Part shown: positions 36,475 to 51,300 of the stretch, piece after piece | Layout of the letters: each line of letters begins with the position of its first letter | How positions within the stretch are numbered: the first letter of the stretch is position 1 | Origin: Hamiltosporidium tvaerminnensis FI-OER-3-3 | Lineage: Eukaryota > Fungi > Microsporidia | DNA length: 64,000 nt | Reading direction: 5' to 3' | Assembly: GCA_022605425.2 (NCBI GenBank) | Contig: CM061251.1 | Coordinates: forward strand, 496,001 to 560,000 | The notes under the pieces: generated by a model | Databases searched by the model: none | Seen by the model: the letters and a program-made list of their open reading frames with translations, nothing else | Told to the model about the DNA's origin: nothing | Position numbers and translations under genes: made by a program

Positions 36475-37989
36475 TTTAAGGGATAAAAAACGGTTTTTAT
36501 ATTTAAAAAAGAAGGGAAGAATAAAATAACTATTGAATAAAAAAATTAGATTTTTTATAAAAAAATTTAATAAAAGAAAATGTGTGGAAAATAAGTGGAC
36601 ATCTAAAATTTGCAAAGTAAAAAAAATGAAAAAGAACTCAGAAATGAAATTAAAAAAAGGAAAGCGTGTGGTTTGGAATAGACATTATATCCGAGAGCCA
36701 TATTTGTAACCGAAGATCTGGAACGATTCCCATTTAAAACCAAGAAGTTTTTGATTACCTAGCTCAGTCTACTTACCGACATTATACCATCACTCTCTTA
36801 CCTAAATTGCTTTATGTAAGGGCTGTCCGATAACACGAAAAACCATAATATTGCTATTATTTGTGACTAAAACCGGATAATAGTATTACGCCTGAACTGG
36901 ATTATATAACAACCCCAATGCAGCAATTTTTTCTATCTGTACTTCAAGTAGCACAGAAAATGGAAATAATTTTAAATTTAGACAGATCTGGAATCCCGAG
37001 CTATTATAACAGAAGTTTTTAGCCACTTCAATATCAATGTCCTAAAAACTTAGCACAAAAGAGGAACTAATAAAATAAGAGCAAGAGAGAATGAAGCACA
37101 CCTTATGCTTACCACTTAACTCGCCAAGCCGTGGAAGTTAGCGCAAGTAGTTGGATAAAAAAACCAAGGTATAGGTATGTTGTACGAAAGAACAGAACCA
37201 GTGCATAATTTAACATACAAGGTAATGACCTAAACGAGAAAACTTGAACGGAACCGTCATAGTATCTTTTGAGACTCTATAAATGAACAGACGCTGCACA
37301 CAGACTTATATTTAATAATGAGGGAAATTACGCACTACGCATTATTCAGGTATTCCAGGTACATACGACGAACAGACATACAAAACAAGCGGTTTTCTTT
37401 GTAAGGAACCATAGAAAGTAAATTACACGTTAGTAGGTCTAAAGAGCGATTGAATAGGTTCCTAGACGGAAGAAACAGGCTTCTATTGAAACGAACAGCT
37501 CAAAAAAAAACATATGACACTTCAACTTAAACTTAAGCTACAAAATGTTCTTTTTGAGGCTTTGGTTAAATATAATGAATATTTTATGCCTACAAAAGGA
37601 ACTTACAATGTAGAAATATAGAAAAAAATTACAAAATATAAATCATATATTTGAGCTATTCAGCAGCTGATTTTATAGTGAAGTTATCAGAGTATGGGAG
37701 ATCCGAGGGGAAGGTTTATCGCGACATATTTTTTTGTATTTTTTTATGATTTAATAAAGCTATTACAAACAGCGTATGTTGCTCATTTAATTTGATTCGT
37801 AGTCTTTACTTATCAGATCAGATTTCTACATTTGATGAATTCACAAATATTATGAATTTTTTCATTAGCAGTAGCCGCTGGTATTGATCATATCAATATT
37901 TTTTCAGAAAGCAACAGGCACGGTTCATGGGATCTTTATGAAGCAAAAATTACATAGTGAAAATGTATTTTAAGGCTACTTCTTATTCT

Positions 37990-38230
37990 AGGGTTTTCGT
38001 ATTTACTTACTTACATATTCCATTCCTCTTTTATCTCTCAGTGTCGAGGATGAAAAAATATTGAACTTCCATTTGTTTGTTTAAATCTGTTCTAACTCGG
38101 ATTATGGGGGTTCGGCCTATAGATCCGATGTGGTTTATATCCCACCACAATGGCAGCAATTATTTTCACACGAATTGCACACAATCCTTGCCAAGCAGAT
38201 AGTTTTTAATGAATTATCTTTCCTCCACTA
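37990..38230 (-). repeat. Family B repeat
   Basis: rc TAGTGGAGGAAAGATAATTCATTAAAAACTATCTGCTTGGCAAG head plus B body. Confidence 0.8.
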
Positions 38231-41049
38231 TTTTCGCATTTGATTTTAAAAAAATATCACGGCGGCAAACTGATCACTAATGATACGACTAAACCCTCTA
38301 TAATTTAGCGTTCCAACGTGTAAGATGAATACTTAAACCCTAAGTTGAAAGGAAATGATTGCTACTTGTGAAATTTTTAAGGACTGGTAAGTTGCTACTA
38401 AAGCGGTAATGAACACGCTCTACTATATGGAGGACAAATGAAAGGTTCAAAAAAACTTTAAATTTACGTGTTTTTTCTCAAAAAAAGCTTAATTCATCTT
38501 ATCCTGCGCATTTAATAAACCATACGGAAAAGCGAAACTTCCTGAATTTGATCTTGAAAATTTTCTAGTCAAAATTATCAAATCGGAATATTATATACAT
38601 ATAATAGTTGATGTTTCATAAGGTAAAAGATGGAAAAACTAGACCTAAATCAAGTTAATTTTTCTTTAACTTTATTCGACTTTCATTGATTATGCGGGAC
38701 AAAAAAAATTGAAAGCATGTAAATGCGACAATGGATATCTGCAGGATTTTTCACACTACTAATTTTCTCTTTTCTATTCATGATTTTAAGCCTATTGCAG
38801 TAAAATGCTTAACTTTAGGATGTAAATACATTATGAGATGATGAGATTTTTAAAGATAATTGAAATAGAGTTTAATCAAGAGCCGCACAATGCAAATGAT
38901 ACGTTCGCGAGAAATCCTTATATTGTGGAAGATGATTTTACTTATCAATATCTAGAAATAATAATATATGCAGCTGCAATCTAACATATAACTCTTTTTA
39001 TATACACCAAAAAACCGATATCAAGAACTATAAGGTTTTTTTTACAAAGAATAAAATAATAATTTATCTATTCAATAAAGTAACACTCCGTATCACGTCA
39101 ACAGCCATCACGTAGTTGTTATTTAATATGAACCACTGATTCCTTTGGCTAAATACTATATTATACTTGTTTTAATGAAAAACATGGTATGTCTTAATCT
39201 AAAATGTGAATTTTACTTATATTCACTAGCAGCCGAACCCGGAAGAAGTCTTTATACTGTTGAGTTGCGAAGCTTACATATGCTTTTGAAATCTTTGTAT
39301 AATTTTTAAAACGATATATAATTACAAACCAAAAGAATAGCTATTTTTAAAATCAAAAATAACAATAAACCAATTTTGGCACGAATAAAATATTTCCTCC
39401 AAGTAAAAAATGTTGTTAAAAACATCATCAAAAGGAATTCGAAGAGTCCTGGGCTGTTAAATTATCCCGCAAAAAGGAAAAACACATTCGAAATTTATAT
39501 AAGTCTAAAATATATGAGCTTGTGAATATAATTGTTTTTTCGCGATGGTTTAAGAAATAGAATATAAGCACAAGTAAATAAACCGTTATATGTATTATTT
39601 AGATATATCTGTTTTATACGAGCAGAAGAAAATTACCAGCACTGCAATCGGTTTGGTAAAACTATATAGTTTTTGAATTTCATAAAAGAAAATTCAAGAA
39701 CATAATTAAACTCAGGACGGAATTAAGCAATTGGATTATTACATAAGCTTGTACTACATATGCATAATTAGCTTATTGATCCGAATTAAACGTCATTCGG
39801 GTCACAGAGTTCTTTGAAACATGTATTACGGAATAAGTTTTCAAGACTTTTATTCCATTGTTTATTCGGAAAAATAAACTTAAGATATGTTTAGAAAGGA
39901 AAAAGGTAAACTCTTTATGAAATAAAAATGACTGTCTAATGTTTATTTCATTTTATGAAACGAAACATTAGATGTAATAATTCATTATTTGCCGATACAG
40001 ATCTTATTTAATAATATGGTGCTGGAATATTTATTTTATACTATAACTTCTGACAGTATGTGATAAAATATTATAAGATTTACATTTCAAGGACGTCAGA
40101 TACACACTAATATAGAAGCATGCATAATATTAATGGTGAAAAATACATTCGAAATAATTTCATTGAGTTGATGAAGAGAATTCTTTCGAGACCGAATGTT
40201 AAATAGAGACTAAGGACAACAATATGGAATATAAATGTGCTGAAATTTTCGAAACACCAAAAAACCTCTTTAAGACAATCAAAATAAGAAAAAAATAGTG
40301 TAAAACCAAAAAAAATATCATCTGCCATTTTTTAACTAAAGAAATTTACTATAAATATAATTACATGTTTAATTAGAAGAAAAAAATATATTGGTTGCAG
40401 AAAATATAAAATATGAAAAAAAAATTTAATCCAGGATTTATTTGAATATACAAAAGTATATATTTACACAATACAATCCTAGTTATACAGTTTGGCTAAA
40501 AAAATACAAAATATTTAGAATATCAACCGTATTAGTGATTTTACGGTAAAACAAATATATTGCAATATATTAGAGAATATCTAATACATTTCAACCAAAA
40601 AACCATGCGCTACCTGTAATACATAAACAATCTTACGAAGTTATAAACCACATATAATAAATAAAAATAATGGCTATAAGTAGGTTTAGGATTAGATATT
40701 ATTTTTTTAAAAAAAAAATAATAAGAATAATACAAATATAATCTCAACAGAATATGATATCCACATTATTTTTTCAGCTACATTTTCTGGAATTTTTTTT
40801 ACGAATTAATAGTATAAAATAGTTAGATACAAAAAATTTTATTTTTCATAAACCAATTATAGTATTGGACCTTACTTCTGTTTTTTCTCGCATTATTTTG
40901 AAGTTTATCTATTTAATGTATATAAATAAAATGCAAATTATCTATTTTTTTAGCTTTTGTAAACATTTGATTATAGATAAAAGATTTTTCTGTGTATCCT
41001 TGGCTTGCTTCAATAGTTTTTTGATTATATTTTTACCGCTATTGTCAAA

Positions 41050-42306
41050 ATATGCGCAAGAATGCGAATGATCTTTTTCCGATGGCGTATCTATAAATTT
41101 TATTACCTTCGATTGATTCTATTTCATCTTCTCTGTCCTTTTTTGATTTAAAAAATTTCACCAAAGTTTATGATTCATTATACAAATTCATGGCCTTTAA
41201 TCATTGCGAAATTTGCTTCTTATGAGGTAGAATAGCATATGTGTGAAAATTTATTGCCATTTGTACATTAAGATCCGTTTGCACGACAAATCAAATGAGT
41301 TTTCCAAAGTTTTAAATATATTCACTATTTCAATTTCATCAATCTGATTAGGGATATTTTTTACATGAAGATTTCATTTAAACTTTTTTTTCTCAATTTT
41401 TATTTTAGTTATTAGTTTTCGAAGTTCATCTTCTCTTTATACTTTGAGCTAAGCTATCTGTATATAAAATGATCTAAACAGCTATTGTGTATATTTTTAT
41501 TTTTATCAAAAATAAATTTTCCATGTAAATTTCTAATTGCATCCAATGTACTTTGATTCGTGGCGAAATTCGCAAATGCAAATTCCTTCGGTAGTTTATA
41601 TTCGTCTAAAGACATATAGAAGAAAGTTATCTCGCCATATTCTTTCAGAATATTGATTTATCCATCTCTTTAATACTATTAGGAAAATTTTTCATATATA
41701 CATTAGTAAATCTACTCTCTGTTGTTTCTTTACTAGATTCTTGATTATTTTGTACAATATATCTTTCAATTCTTAATGTTTTTCTCCCAACTTAGCTTTA
41801 TTCATTGTATCAATCGCGTTTTCAGCCGAGGAAGCTTCTTTAAATTAAACAAACCTTATCTTGTTGATTTTCACTTCATGGTACCTCGAACTTTACAGAT
41901 TATTATTTGACCGAATATAATAAATGCATTACGTGAGATTAGAATATTTATATGGCTGGATAAATTTTTAATAAACATCTTATTGCTGCAGAATTTATCA
42001 ACGTAAACTTTCCGCGGTGCATAACTCGTATTTACTTGCGATTAAGTTTTTTACAGTTTAGATTTGTCACAGCATTTTCAGCAGCTTCTTTCTTTAAAAA
42101 TCTGATGCAAGAATAAGATTCGGAAGCATGTGTATTTATGTTATACTCGGGTTTGTACAATTTTTTGATTCCTTTAATCGTTTCTTCGCAAAAAAATAAC
42201 TATAGATCTCCAATTTGCTGGTTCTTGGCCGAAGGTCAAAGACATATATCGAGTTTTCTTCTCAAAAATTCTTTTTTGATTCGTTTTCTATTTTAAATTT
42301 ATCCAT
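41050..42306 (-). pseudogene. Polyadenylate-binding protein (PABP/Pab1) pseudogene, four decayed RRMs
   Basis: rc fragments: EAAENAVTNLNCKKLNRK*IRVMH (RRM1), FGQIIICKV..SAENAIDTMN (RRM2), FTNVYMKNFP..EYGEIT..EFAFANF..DAIRNLHGK (RRM3), NLHVKNIPNQID (RRM4); many stops and frameshifts. Confidence 0.8.
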
Positions 42307-44501
42307 GAATTAAGTACTTATTTAATTTATTTACATATATATTTGTTTAGAAAGGAAAAAAAATTAATTATTGTAGTATTGATCCTGTTATATAGATGTC
42401 AGTACAAAAACTATTATCAGTTAATTTTGATACAGAAGATCTATATTCATTCAAAATAATCAATAGAAGAGCGTCTTTTAAGATTTTCTATTTAACCATA
42501 AATGATTCAAAAGAAGAATTTTTTTTAAAAATCTATAGAATAACCAACAAAATATTGAGGTAAATCTAATGAAACGTGACCATTTTTCGTCTTTTTAAAA
42601 AAATCTTTTGAAGCTCTTGCTTCGAGAAAATTAATGTATTTGAAGCTGTCTAGTAGCATGTTTATTTCAAAATATGGCGCAAATTTTTTTCCGACAATTA
42701 AAATTTACTAAAATTATGATGATCTATTTTAAGTGAAATTTTTTTAAATGCAACACATGAAATAAAATAATTAAATGCGTAATAAAGTTATAATTCATTA
42801 TTTTTTCTAAGTTTCCAAAGGAAATATAAATAATATGAGTTAATATGTAATTCACAAATTTTTATTTAAAGTATAAAAAACAATCTAAGATACTTTGCAC
42901 TTCTCAAGCGAAAATTTGTTAAAAAAAATTGAAGATTACTAAGTAGATTAGAATTTATAATATTTTTGATATACTGATATAATATTACGATTTTTAGAAT
43001 TTATATGTCATTTCATTTGGTTTCGAGAAATACTGGCTACCTCATACCATAATTTTAACATATAAAAATGTTATATAGATATAAATACAATGATTTTATA
43101 AAATTTATTGATTATTTTGCACAAATACACAGTTTTTTTGACTTAATGCGTTTATTTTATAATTTAAAATGGGTATGTTTAAGACAATTGACGAACCAAC
43201 AGATTTTTTTATTCACCAATGAACTTTTTCGATATTTGTTAATTCATTTTTTTAAAAAAAGTCCGTTCGGAAATCATATTGGCATACTTATATCCTTTCA
43301 TACTATAAAATTCTAAAAAATGAGATTTAACTATAATTGTTTTTTTATGAAAATGGTTTTTTACAGAAGTATAAACTTTAAAATAAGGTATTATAATTAA
43401 TTTTCTAATCTTTAATGTTTATCAGAACCTCAATGAGTATTAAATAAAAGCAACAAAGTTGCTTTTTTTCACAAATAGCTTGACTTAATATTCCGTATAA
43501 AAAAATTTTAAAATTTACACAATTATTTTATGTCATAAAAATTAAATTCCTATTTCTTTGATAATAAAGAAAGAAATTTTTTCTTGCTTGGATTGCAAAA
43601 AAACAAATAGAGCTGCAAATATTCTTATTTTCCATGATCATCATTTTTAACCATTATTTTATAAATTGACCTGATTGGGCATTTAAAAAAGGTGCAAAGG
43701 ATAGACTATTAAGGCTGTATTCTAAACTTAATTAGATATGGAAATATCAATAGAGGTTGTTGATAAATAGAAGGCTAATGAAGAAGGCCGCATTTGCATT
43801 TATTCTGATAATATATAAGCCGAATAAATTCTATAAAAGCATATTTACAGATTATAGCATTGGCTTTTACATATTATATAGCTGTTTGAAACCAGATTAT
43901 CACTGGTGGTCAAATATTAAATACTAAGTTTAAACATATTTTATCCTTTATTAATCATGTGGGTATTATATTGATAATCTACCTTTCCATAATTTATTTT
44001 ATTAAGAGGTCCTAATTCAGTACCGACGGCTTTAAACCATTCTAGTTCTATGCTTGCATGCCATATTTGCCAAAAAAGAAATATATTTGATGATATTTAA
44101 CACAACTAAACTTCACCATGTTATATCATGAAAACCATTATACTAAAACTAGAATCATGTTATTATTTAAAACAAGTGATTTATTAAATAATCGCTATAT
44201 AGTTAAAAAAAAATCAAAAGAATCCATACTTTTTCGTAAATAGAATGCGTTAGTTACATTATTCAAACTACATTTATCCATTCGAATGTATAGAAAGTGG
44301 ATGGAAAAATGCGATTGCCATTTACAGTATGAAATAAAAAGTTAAGTGTTATTTATAGAAAGTATTTTTTTTGAAATGTTCAATGAATAATCTAAGAAAT
44401 TCTATGCTAAAAAGTTTGCTTTTTTCGAAGAATATTTTGTTTTTTAGAATACAATACTCGTTTAAAAGTATCATTATTCCTATTTATTTGATAAATATAT
44501 A

Positions 44502-45969
44502 TGGTATGCCAAAAAATATCCGAACACTCAAAAAATTCTAAATTTTCATGTATTTTTAATACGAATTTAAAATTTTTGTAGTAAATGCAGTTTATAATTT
44601 TTTTTGTCTATATATATTGTTCTTTTGTATGTTTTTTTAAGATCTATAGTTATGCACTTGTGCCTATAGCTTTTTAAAATGCCAAAAAAATCTTGACACC
44701 TAAAAATTATTAAATATCTGCGTCATAGATCATTTAATTATTTCATTTGTCCTTTAAAGCATTATTCACTGAATTCTAATCAATTAGTCAGGAATAAAGA
44801 GGCTATGGTTGAGTTAAGCTCAAAAGATTATTCAATAAGAAAAATTTCTGAATCACTTCGAGTAGCTAGATTTAAAGTCCATGATATTTTAGAAAATTAT
44901 AGAACTAGAAAAGATAAAATCGAATAATGAATTTAGACGACCTCGGCTGATAAACATTACTATGACTAATAGAAGTTCTGAATTTATAAGAAAAAATCCT
45001 AAAATTAATCCAGCAGAAATCATTAAAAAAGTGGGGGCGTTATGTAATTATAATGGAAATGCTCGGACTATAAAAAATCAACTAAATACAGTTGGTATTT
45101 AGGTCTGTTACTTTGCTCAAAAACTTTTTTTGCTATCGAGAAACATGGTTGCTAGATTTTAAACTTCAAAATTATTTTTATTAATTTGAGATGACGAATG
45201 GAAACGTACTATGTTTAGTAATGAATTCAGGTCAAGTTTTGATTCAGATGGTAGGTTTCGTCTATGGAGTGAGCAGTGAGAACGCCTATGTACTAAATAT
45301 ATGATTCAAACAATTAAGCACAACGGAGGGAATATTATGCTTTGGAAATGCATTTTATATCAAGATGTTGGAAATTTGCCATTTATTGATACTAATATAG
45401 ACCGATTTCAACACTCAAGTATTCTTGCAGATAATTTAGAAGGATTTGCTAGAAATATGAGTTTGGACGAGTGTTTTTAAAGCAAGATAATGATCCTAAA
45501 CATACAAAAAAGTTACTGTGGAATATTTATAAAGAAAAGCGATTTAAATAATTCATTAGCCATCCTGATCACCAGATTTGTCTTAATAGAAAATCATTGG
45601 GATTATATGAAAGAATAATTGTATGATTTTACTTTTAAAAATATGAATGAGGTAAAGCAAAAACTAATCGAAAAATGGAATGAAATTCAGTTGTTTTTAT
45701 GTAAAAACTTGCTATGTCTATGAAACAACGGAGTTGAACTGTCTTACGACCAAGTCAATGGTATGCTTAATATTAAAATATATGCCGGGATTCTTTTGAC
45801 TATACTTTTGTAAATTTAATCTTTTTTTATAAGACAATATTGTATAAAATGATCTTAGCTATATGATTAAAATTTACTCATATTAAATATTTAAAAAACT
45901 TTCAAATATGATGTTCTATATATGAATAATTTATTAAAACATTGGTGTCCGTATTTTTTTGACATACTG
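44502..45969 (+). mobile_element. Tc1/mariner DNA transposon, full-length but decayed
   Basis: Imperfect ~25-bp TIRs (TGGTATGCCAAAAAATATCCGAACAC / GTGTCCGTATTTTTTTGACATACTG); transposase relics EWKRTMFSNE, TIKHNGGNIMLW, QDNDPKHT, *PS*SPDL..IENHW. Confidence 0.85.
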
Positions 45970-47208
45970 CATATATAAAAAGACAAAAAAATCAATAAAC
46001 AAAAGTCTGATAAAATATATCTCTAGAATATTTATAATTAGCTTTATATTTTAATTCTGCGGTTTAAGGTTAAAAAGATAGTATATTATGACAAACTCTT
46101 GATGTAAGCATTTTTACGTAATTAAATGAGTTAAAATATACTGTAAAGATTTGTAATTTGAATTAAATAAATTTACCTATTGAATCACTTTTGTTTCTGA
46201 TTGTGAATATTCAAACAAAAAGGTTTTGATTTTTCTGTATTTAGTGATTTTTAGTTTTGGGTTTTTACAGATGAGCAAATTTTATCATTAAACTATGTTC
46301 TCCCAGAACAATAAACCTTGTAAATAGTGACTCAATGAAAAAACTGTTAGCTTGAAAGCACAGAATCTTCAATACAATTTTAAGAAAAATAAAAAATCAA
46401 ACTTTTTAAAAAAACTTAATATTAAAAATTTAACAGCAGCAAAAAAAATTATTTAACTAGTCTTTGGATTTTTCAAAAATATTATCAGTGAAATAAAACA
46501 CAATTATTGTTTTAACTTGAAAAATAAATTTATGTTTAAATTAATTGTATCAGTATTTTAACCATAAATTTGACCGTTTGATTGGTCTAATGGAGCAATT
46601 CTTTGTCAAGTTTTTTTATAATTTATATAATTAGAAAGCTTTGTCGATACTGATATATATATTTTAAGAAATTTGGATTTTAACATTTTCCATAGAACTA
46701 ATGCCGTTCCATGTTAGAGATTTTAGAGTTTTGGGTAAGAGTATTGTGATATTGAATATTACTATGGTGAGAATTAAAATTTTGTACATTTTTATTATCC
46801 TAAATTCAGATCTCGCCGATTAATTTATTCCTAAAAGAATTTAGAAAGAGAACTAATAGATCCTCATTTAGGCTTAAAAGTTTGATGCCTTGGAAATTTT
46901 AAATTTATATAAAATACAGTATTTGAAATGAAATTGTATAAAATATTTATTTAACAAAAAAATAAAATTAAATAATTGTTGAATTAAATTTGTTTTCTTT
47001 TTGATTATTTTATGTTTATTTTAATCTCTAAAATAGAGATTACAAAGGTTATTTCAGAATAATATTAAGGAGACTAAAAAATATCTAGAGTTGCAACCTT
47101 TTGCAATAAAAACATAGCCTTTGACATTTATTTATAAAATAAGAAAAGTACTAACATTTAAGAATATAAACCAAGAATTTTAGTTTGCTAACTTATTAAC
47201 CCTTGATT

Positions 47209-48382
47209 ATGGAAATATTCTTGTCTAAATTTAGAAACTTAAGTGGCTTTGATATTAAATCCATAAGAAAGATCAATACGCCTAATGAATTTAAAGATTT
47301 TGTCTGTGAAAATCTCAAAGAAGCATCTGTGTGTTTTATGATGTCCTTATATATTGGAAACGGAGAAAAATCTATGGAAATATTTGATGCATTGGTGGAA
47401 AGAAAAGTTAAAAATCTAGAAACAGTTATTGTCTTGGATAAAAATCGAGGAAAACGAAATCGTGAAATTTTAAATGTTATAAAAGATAAAAATTTAGAAG
47501 ATTTTTTTTATTTTTATGATTTCAAGAAATATTATATGTTGCCTGCTAAAATCCGTGAACTTTTATATGTTTATCATCCCAAAGTATATATATTTGATTC
47601 GAATGTAATTTTAACAGGCGCAAATTTACATGATACTTATTTTAGTAATAGAATAGATCGATATTTCGTTGTTGAAAGCGAAAAATTTTCTGATTATTTA
47701 AAAAACGAAATGTTTTATAAAATATTGCCATCTTTGGGAAATTATACAAAATTATTAGATAATTCATCTTTTGTAGTCGAAATTCTAACAAAAACATACA
47801 TTTTAATGTTTGATAATCGACAAGAAGAAGAAATTCTCAGAAAAATATTATTGGAAGACTTTCAAGATATTTTTCTTTCAACGGCTTATTTAAATTTTCC
47901 AGAAGCTTATTTTGATTTATTTAATTATAAAAATATATCTATTGTAACAGCTGGACCAGAATGCAATACTTTCGATCTAAATAATAAAAATGAAAAATAT
48001 ATTGTTCAATTATATTCCTTAAGCGCTTATAAAACATTAGATCGTCTTAATAATATGCAGTATTACGAATTTGGTAGAAAAGATACTACATTTCATTTTA
48101 AAGGTAAGTTAAATTTATCTAATTTAAGGTTTATGGGCTTTTTCGAATGGCTTCGCATTAACTGTTATTGGTTCCACCAATTTTAATTTAAGAAGTAATG
48201 TTAGAGATGAAGAACGAAATTTTTTAATTGTAACAAAAGATGAGAAATTGATTCAAATATACAAAGAAGAAATTAAGTTTATGTTGGAGAATTCAAGAAA
48301 GGTTGAGCTTGAAGAATTAAAAAACAGAAAACCTAGTTTGTTAAGTAAGATATCTTATCATCTATTTCATAGATATTTTTAG
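47209..48382 (+). CDS. PGS1: PLD-family phosphatidylglycerophosphate synthase; exons 47209-48103 and 48129-48382, 25-nt intron
   Basis: HKD1 HPKVYIFDSNVILTGANL..YFSNRIDRY; removing GTAAGT..CTAATTTAAG restores FHFKGLW...TVIGSTNFNLRSNVRDEE, the PGS1 second motif; 382 aa. Confidence 0.85.
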
Positions 48383-51300
48383 TTAAAAAAAAGATCGAAA
48401 AATATTAAAGAGCATTTGAATCCAAAATGTTGAGATTTTACAGAAAATTAATGCAGTTTGTCTTTACGTATAAAGTATTTGTATTGGTATTTTATATTTT
48501 CAGCATTTATTCACGTCTTTTTTTAATAAATTTTAATGATTTTAGAAGTTTATTTGTAATAACTTTTAAGATGAAGTAAAATAGATTTTTTTTATAATGT
48601 AACGTTTTCTTTTGTTTTAAAGCGAGAATTTAAGGCAAGAAGCTAATTATTTAATATATGAAAATATAGTTATAATTATCTCAGAATAATCTTATTCAAA
48701 ACAATATTGATCTAATAGATTTAAGCTTAGACTTATAAAATCGAAGTGTAAAAATGATGATAATTTTATAAATTAAATATAACAAAAATTGTAAATTTAA
48801 GAATATTCAGAGATAACCTTTTTTTAAAGGAATAAATTTAATCAAAAATATTGCTTGAAAACATAAAAAGTTTTATTGATCAGTTTGAATTCATGGGTTT
48901 TTAAACTACTAATACTTAAATAATCAAATTTATGTTTATAGAACTTGTTCTGTTTTTATTTGCATGACAGCATAAGTTTAACTTAAAAGAGATCAAGAAA
49001 ATTTTGCATACTTTCAAATTTCCTAAAAGATTTCTTTATACTTTTATGAAATTAAAAGAACATTGCTAATTAATACCAGAAGAAAAATATGGCAAAAGGA
49101 ATATAAAGATATTTGAAGAATTCCAAAAGACAAAATAAATGGAAGAAAATAAATATTCTTCCAAAAATATAGCGGAAGGTTTTTTTTATTAACTGAAATT
49201 TTTAAGATAGATTTTATTTTAAATATAATAAATTATTAGATGGTGTGAGTGCAAAAGAACGTCTTATTTTGTAAAAATGAATCCTTAACAATTTGGATGC
49301 TTCAAAATTTTAATGGCTATTGTTAAAATACTCATATTGAAGCATATTTTATTTTAGCTTTTTTAAAATTTTCTAGAATTTGTGATTGAAAATAAGTATC
49401 ATGTCTTAGCTTTATTTTCGTTCTGAGTTTAAAATATTTCTTTTGTTGAATTATATTGATGTCTAAAACAAAAGTCTACGGTAATGACCAGAGTAAAGAA
49501 TGACTATATTCTAAACCTAGTATTACAAAAAATGGATTTTCTATTTTCAGACCTCAATCTATAATAGAATACTCATTTTTTCAATTTTACTGTTTAAAGA
49601 TTCCCTTATGATGTCTATAAAAGTGCGCTATTTGTCGTTATTTTATAGCTTACTATTAATTCGGCCATTATTTAATTTTAAATATAACGAAGAAACAAAA
49701 TTGTTTATCTATTATAAAATAGATATAAATATATTATTTTTTATATTCCTTATTGATTAAACGAATAAAATATTTTTTTTGAAAATTTAACTAATCAATA
49801 TTAGAAGATTTGCCTTTTTGTTCATTCCATACCAAAGAAACTTGAAAGCATTGTATTTTTATGATTCTTGAATGTAAATAATCGGATTTTTAAATATATA
49901 TTTTCTATTATTGATGTTTTGCTAAGTATATTCAAGTAAGTTTGTTAGAATAATGTTTATATCGAAATCAAACCAAATCGAATTTATATATCAAGCGTTT
50001 TACTCAAACTATTGGCAATTTCAATTTTTTTAAATATTTGAAGAGACTCTCTGCTTAATTTTATCGAACCTTTTCTTTCAAATCCCCAAGAATTCTCTAT
50101 TATTCTAATTAAGCAAATATTTTGGCTTTTTTTAATTCGAAAATTTTATTAAAAAAAGTAATAATCATTTTTCAGGTTTGAGATATATATTTGGTTCATC
50201 GACGAACCCCTTTTAATTTCTTATCCGTTTCAAATTATGTATTTAGTATGCATTTTAAGTATTAATCTGCCTTTGTCTCTTTATATCAAGTTCATCTTTT
50301 AAATTATAGAAGAAAATTGAAAAAAAAATCAAAATGTATTAACGTACTATTTATTATATTCGATAAATAGCATAATTTAAGTTTCCTCTTTAGAGTAAAG
50401 TATTGCGCTTTTTAATATTTATGAGTACTATTATAATAATTACGTCAATGACCTAGTGGTGAAGATATCTGAATTTAATTCCTAAGAGCCGGGATGGTGC
50501 ACTCTTTATCTTTCGTACAAGAAATGTTGCGTTAGACCGACAACCAGACCAGTAAAAATGAAAATGTCTAAGAACGCCTATAACTTGGCGCTGTTTTAAT
50601 TTAATCATGGTTTATTTACATCTGTAGGGAAAGAAACGGGCTAAAAATATTATAATAATTATATTAGTAAACATTTCGTAGATATATTAATATTCTATAT
50701 ATTACTGTATCTTTTTGAATTTAATTTTAGAGATATAGACAGTGGTATAAGGATGGATAGTGTTAATTTTTCTTTTGTATATTATTGATTTATATATTTC
50801 GATGATTTGAGTTAATATTGATCCCCGTAGATTTAATATAGTATTTGTGGCCCGATAAATCGAATTACAAGTTTTATTGGATGCTTGAATATTTTTTTTC
50901 GCAAAAGAATTTTAAGTTAAACACCTCGACTGTATTCTTACTTTTGAAATTTTTATTTATGTTAAATCAACGTTTATATTCGTATCAAAACGAGTCCATA
51001 CCTTTAATAAAAATGCGATTTTAAAAATATGTAATGAAATAAAGCGCCCATAGGTCGGAAATCAGGTGTAAATGATAATAATCTTGTTCGATGATCATAT
51101 AATCCCTGGGTTTCAAACAATATCTAAATTAAAATTTTATATTTTCGGATTCCTTTACACGCAAAGATATCTTCATTTAATCAATAAAAAAGCCATGAAA
51201 TTATTAGCTTACTTATTCATAATATTTTAGAGTTTAGATCCACGTTTAATTTTAGAAATGAATAGTTTCTAATTTCTAATTTCTAATGTAAAAAAAACGT

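Noticed and set aside
36475-36615. N-terminal extension of CCT8 in the ORF track
   Set aside because: Starts at TTG, reads through AT-rich promoter DNA; CCC motif marks ATG 36474
36700-37500. GC-richer stretch that looks like decayed coding DNA (likewise 13021-13440, 18660-19200, 38300-40300, 43600-44160, 62030-62420)
   Set aside because: No recognisable motif; needs BLASTX, left unannotated
48104-48186. ORF-track C-terminus of PGS1 (KLNLSNLRFMG...)
   Set aside because: Read-through of a 25-nt intron; the spliced frame restores conserved motifs
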